Assembly: GCA_035221665.1 (NCBI GenBank)
Contig: CM069164.1
Span: 15,128,001 to 15,192,000 of the forward strand
Source: Okamejei kenojei
Taxonomy: Eukaryota
Direction: 5' to 3'
DNA length: 64,000 nt
In this document: one piece after another, positions 59,412 through 64,000 of the stretch
Layout: every line of letters begins with the position of its first letter
How positions within the stretch are numbered: position 1 is the first letter of the stretch
Position numbers and translations under genes: made by a program
Notes under the pieces: model-generated
Database searches by the model: none
What the model was told of the DNA's origin: nothing
The model's input: the letters and a program-made list of their open reading frames with translations, nothing else

Positions 59412-60599
59412 CTTGATACTAGGGACGTCACAGTTCCCAGTGTTGGGATCAGAGATCGCACAAATTGAGCAAGGTTAGAGTAATTCTTCTCTATGGGGCT
59501 GGAAATACACAGCGGGTCAGAAACCGAGTTAATGTTTTAGGTCAAAGACCGTTCAGCACCTTTCATTGCAGACATTAAATGTTAGCTTTGTTTCTCTTTC
59601 CATAGATGTGACCAGACAAGCTGAGTATCACCAGTATTTTCTGCTTTTATTTTACACACAAATCCTTTGCCCCAGCCAGTCTGTGCTGACCACCAACAAC
59701 CCAGTTACACAAATTCTACATTAATCATTTTTAATTCTGCCCATGTTTTCATCAGCTTTTCCAAATTCTGCTGCTCACCTACACACGGGTCAATTTCCAG
59801 TGGCCAGCCATGCTGTGGGTGCAGCAAACATTCAGCTTTCTGTGATGGATTCAGGACCATTTGCATTTGGTCATTGAATATAAATTGGATCGTCATGCAG
59901 CCCAGAGGAGAAAAACCTTTAGTTTTAATTACAAGGATCTAAAGACACGATAAAGTGTAACATCAATCCTTTAGCTGGGATTTTATATACTTAATGCCTA
60001 ATGTTTTATAACATCACCCTTTCTCCATTTGGTTATTTTCCAGTAAATAAGATCAATCAGTGCAAAGTTAGGTGGTTGAAATCAAGTTGGTTGATTTTCT
60101 GTTGCCAGTATAATTGAATCTGGAGAAGCTGTGAATGGGCCTGTGTTCTAAGCTGTCCAGGGAATAGGACAGACGTATTCTGAATCCAGTCCATGCTACC
60201 TATGATGAGGAAGCAGATGGTGTTTCCAAACATTTCATTCCTCAGCAAAGGAACTGTAAACTAATCAAAATATGTATTCATGGGCAACAGGAGGTCACTT
60301 AGACCCTTGATCCTGTTCTGCCATTCTATCTAATTCAGCTGAATTCCTCATTCCATTCACTTGCCTTTGCTAAATACTCCTTCATTCTACACAAACCGTA
60401 CATTGACCTGAATCTGGAATATTTCCAGACCTTTGGTAAAAGGTGTTAAAAAAATATATATTTTTGTAGCACCTGTCACATTGCTTCAGGACATTCCAAA
60501 AAGCTTTTGAAATGTAGTCCCTACTGTGACATAGGAGTTGATTCTGGGAGACAATATTCTGGATACACCTACTATCGAATAGTGTGACTCTGATTGTAA

Positions 60600-61750
60600 G
60601 ACTGTACACTTGCCATAAATGTTCATGTTTGGCAGAAGAAGCTTGCCTTGGTCTATATAAAGATTGGTAGAGAGAGAGGGCGGAGAAACAAGGGCAGCGA
60701 GATTTCCGTACTCTGTAATTACCACAGATTTGAACTGACAGTTACACAAAATGTTCAGTCTTTGTGTTTTTTAAAAGCTCTATCATGTAAAGCTACTGTA
60801 ATTCTTCATCAATTGGATGATGATTTGCTGCATGAAGCAGTGAATAGTGGTGAGTGGTTGTTTCGCAGACCAAGGGAAGATGACTGTGATGTTCCCGGGT
60901 GGTTGCAATTTGGACCACAGCATTTGCTGCTTGCTGATTGTGATCTGGCTTGGATACACAGCGCAATATTTAAATCTTTGCAGGGGGTGCAGTGAAAGGA
61001 AATGTAATGAATGGTAATGAAGAACGTAACAAACTTCAGGAGGTCTAAGGCAGACTGGAGAAATGAGCAGACGAACAGACATTGAAATTTAGCACAGACA
61101 AGTGTGAAATGATGGAAGTGCATGCAGGAAACAGAAAGACCACACAATGTGTCGACATACTCTTTGAAGGACATTTAAGGAGTCTACATAACAATGATCC
61201 ATGGGTTTATTTGTAGAGGCACAGAGTACAAAAATAAGAGAACAGTACACAACCACATTAACCATGCTTTGACCCGAACTAATGCGCCCAACCCTGGCAC
61301 TGCATTTTTGGTGGATGGGTGTTAAGACCTTGGAAGGGGGAAATGCAGAGGCTTTGCCAGTTTGGTTGAGGTGATGACGAACCTCAGCTCAGTGGAGAGA
61401 CTGGAGAAGCTGGGATTGTCTTCAGAGCAAAGAAGGTTTGAGAAAGATGTGTTCAATATCATGTTTAAGAAAGAACTGCAGATGCTGGACAAATCGAAGG
61501 TAGACAAAAAAAACTGGAGTAACTCAGCGGGTGAGGCAGCATCTATGGAGCAAAGGAATAAGCGACGTTTCGGACTGAAGAAGTCTGAAGAAGGGGCTTG
61601 ACCCAAAACGTCGCCTATTCCTTCGCTCCATAGATGCTGCCGCACCCACTGAGATTCTCCAGCTTTTTTGTCTAGCTTTGTTCAATATCATGAAGGGTTT
61701 GCTCAGAGAAAAAAAAGGTTCCTCCTGGCAGGAGGATCAATAAATTGAGA
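60600..61750 (+). mobile_element. Old, decayed CR1 LINE interrupted by a pLTR element
   Basis: Degenerate LQFGPQ, KFSTDKCE and ERLEKLGLSSEQRR motifs. Confidence 0.6.
61464..61678. mobile_element. Palindromic pLTR element
   Basis: Inverted arms around ctgaagaagtctgaagaagg; 14-bp TSD TGTTCAATATCATG at 61450-61463 and 61679-61692. Confidence 0.8.
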
Positions 61751-61764
61751 AATGGATTGACGAT

Positions 61765-63000
61765 TTTATTTGGTTATGGGCATCACTGCCTGCATTTATT
61801 GCCCACAACAACTAATTGCCTTTGGGAAGGTAGCCCCATGGTGCAGTGGGATTTAGACCCAGTGACGATGATGGATTGAAGGATATTTCCAAATCAGGAT
61901 GGTGTGCAATTTGGAGAGGAACCTGCATCTGCTACATTTCGCCTTCTTGACAGTAGAGATAATGGTTTGAGAGATGCTGTAAGAGTAGCCAAGGTGCAAA
62001 TTGCAGATGACAGGATTGCAGCCAGTGTGCAGAGGAGGGAATGAGTAGTTATGGTGCTGGATGGGATGCCAATCAAATTGGCTGCTTTGCTCTGAAGAGC
62101 TTCTTCAGAGTTGTGGAGCTACACTCATCCCAGCAAGTTACGAGTGTGCCACCACACTCCTGAATTGTACATTGTAGGTAGAGATTTTGGGGGTATCAGG
62201 AGTGAGTTACCTCAGAGGATCCAGTCTCTGGCCTGCTCGTGTAACTAGTGTTTGTAGACGGCTGATCTGGTTGGGTTTGTGGCCAGTGGTGACCTCAGGT
62301 TGGTGATGGTGCAGGGCTTAGAAATGGTAATGCTTTTGAAAGTATGTAATTATTGTATGTGATCTCCCTTGTTGAAACAAGTCATTGGCCAGCACGCATG
62401 TGTGTGGGAATCTTACTGATCACTTGTCAGCCTGTGTCTGGTGTTGCAGTAATGCAGATATGGACACGTTCATTTGCTGAGCATTGACCATGGTGCAGTC
62501 ATCATCAGAATCTCGACATGTGATCTTACGAGGGAAGGGAAGTTGTAAATGGCGGAGATCTCCTGGGGATAGGATGATTGATATCCAACACCACAGCTGA
62601 CCTTTTTGTGCAAGAAATGACTCCAAGAATTGAAGTGTTTTCCCCTTGTTGTTCATTAACCCGTTTTACAAGGGATCATAGGGCCACAGTCGATTAATTG
62701 CTGCCTTGATATCAAAGGTTGGCACTCATCCACCATCTCTGGAACTCAGCTCTTTAGTCTGCATTTGGACCAAGGCTGTGACGATGTCTGGACCTGAGAG
62801 TTTCTTCCTTCAGTGAGCAGGTATCACTTAACAGTAAAGATGATTCCTTCAGTACAACCAAGTCAGACTGTTGCTTAACTAGACTGTGAAGCAACATGCT
62901 AGGTCCCAGATGTGTATAAAGTCAACTTGGCTGTGTCCAAACTCAGTGCCTGATTCAATGCTGACCAATTTTGGTCTGGTTTTATGCTTTCTCTGCTTCA
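61765..63000 (-). mobile_element. Old CR1/L2-group LINE fragment
   Basis: Minus-strand FDIKAAINRLW (degenerate LDIKAAFDRVW) near 62720; 3' end shared with the repeat at ~27820. Confidence 0.5.
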
Positions 63001-64000
63001 GTGCGGTGATTACGATGCACCTGAGTGGCTCGCTGGGTGATTTCAGATGGTGATTAAAAGTCAAGCCCATAGTGTGGGTCTGCAGTCAGGGCAGAATGGC
63101 AAAAATACCAGGGAGATGAGGAGGAGAATTTGCTTTGTGCACAAGTTCTTGTGAACTGGAATGCTACGCCTTAAAGGATGATAGAAGAAGATTTAACAGG
63201 GCATTTCTAAAAGGAATTGGATAAATAACAAGGGGGGAAGTTTGCAGAACACGGAACTAGCTGGGGAGTGATCCTTTCCAAAGGGCTGACAGTTGACTGG
63301 TCTCTTTATCGGTTGTACAATCACTTCGATTCTCTGATGTGTTCCATGGGGTTTGGAGGCCTGATATCTGCTGAGAATGAAGGACAATGATCTTCCTTCA
63401 AAGCGCAGGAGAATCTGTAAATTCTACCATTTAAGTTGCCAGCGCTTGTCTTCCCATGGCTTAGCCCCTTCATACTCATACCCATGTCAGCATAATCTTC
63501 TGGCCCCATAACTGCTGACTTCCTCCCACCAGATCCGAGCTCAGCTGCACGTCCCTTTCACACTGCCCTATTCACTCTTCATTCACTGGCTTCCTCTAGC
63601 TTCCGATCAAGGCAAGTTGAGTGTTGTTCATTGTCATATGCACAAATAAGGTGAGGTAAAATGAAAATCTTGCTTGCAGCCGCACCACACAAACAAAAAC
63701 ATAAATGATACATAGCGTAGATATAACATTTTGCAAGGCAGAAGGAAGAAAAGATGGTGCAAGAAAACAAGACATTAATGCCAGACCAAATTAGAAAATC
63801 AAGTCATAGGAAAGATGGCGCTGGAGAGAGGTAACTTAATGCAGGCAGCATGATCTGACAACCTCTCAATTTTAATATTCTTATCACTTTTGAATTCCTC
63901 TCTGGCTTCTCCCTACCACTGCAATTTTTTCCAGTCCTACAACCTCCTGAGATTTTTGTACTACTACAATTATTGCCTCTAGATCATCCTGGATTGTAAC

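Noticed and set aside
49200-64000. RASGRF1 exon 1
   Set aside because: No MQKAIRLN/PH1-like ORF on the minus strand; the region is repeat-rich intron 1.

Overview
Vertebrate genomic DNA, most likely a cartilaginous fish (skate/ray-type repeats: HE1-like V-SINEs, Deu-domain SINE remnants, many CR1 and Rex/Babar LINE fragments, Penelope-like elements). The main gene is RASGRF1 (Ras-GRF1/CDC25Mm) on the minus strand. I mapped 26 coding exons (exons 2-27, 49174 down to the TGA at 12467; 3486 nt, 1161 codons plus stop) with continuous reading-frame phase. Exon 1 lies beyond the right edge. One intron uses a GC donor and one acceptor is a NAGNAG. At the left edge, a signal-peptide exon (718-646, minus) in CpG-richer DNA is probably exon 1 of cathepsin H (CTSH), called mainly by synteny. 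Most unusual observations: (1) a Penelope-like element and many short copies of its terminal repeat that carry a minimal hammerhead-ribozyme core and are flanked by 10-14 bp target-site duplications; (2) a 905-bp TIR element with a 6-bp TSD, nested in a V-SINE, carrying four CRE + GC-box units at 25-bp period, a CpG-rich exon-like segment with splice donors and two long palindromes; (3) two near-identical inverted CR1 copies bracketing RASGRF1 exons 10-11, whose back-spliced circle (225 nt) would be a stop-free ORF; (4) fold-back duplications at the 5' ends of both those CR1 copies. There is one assembly gap (22666-22831). All calls were made by eye; repeat boundaries are approximate unless a TSD or TIR is given.
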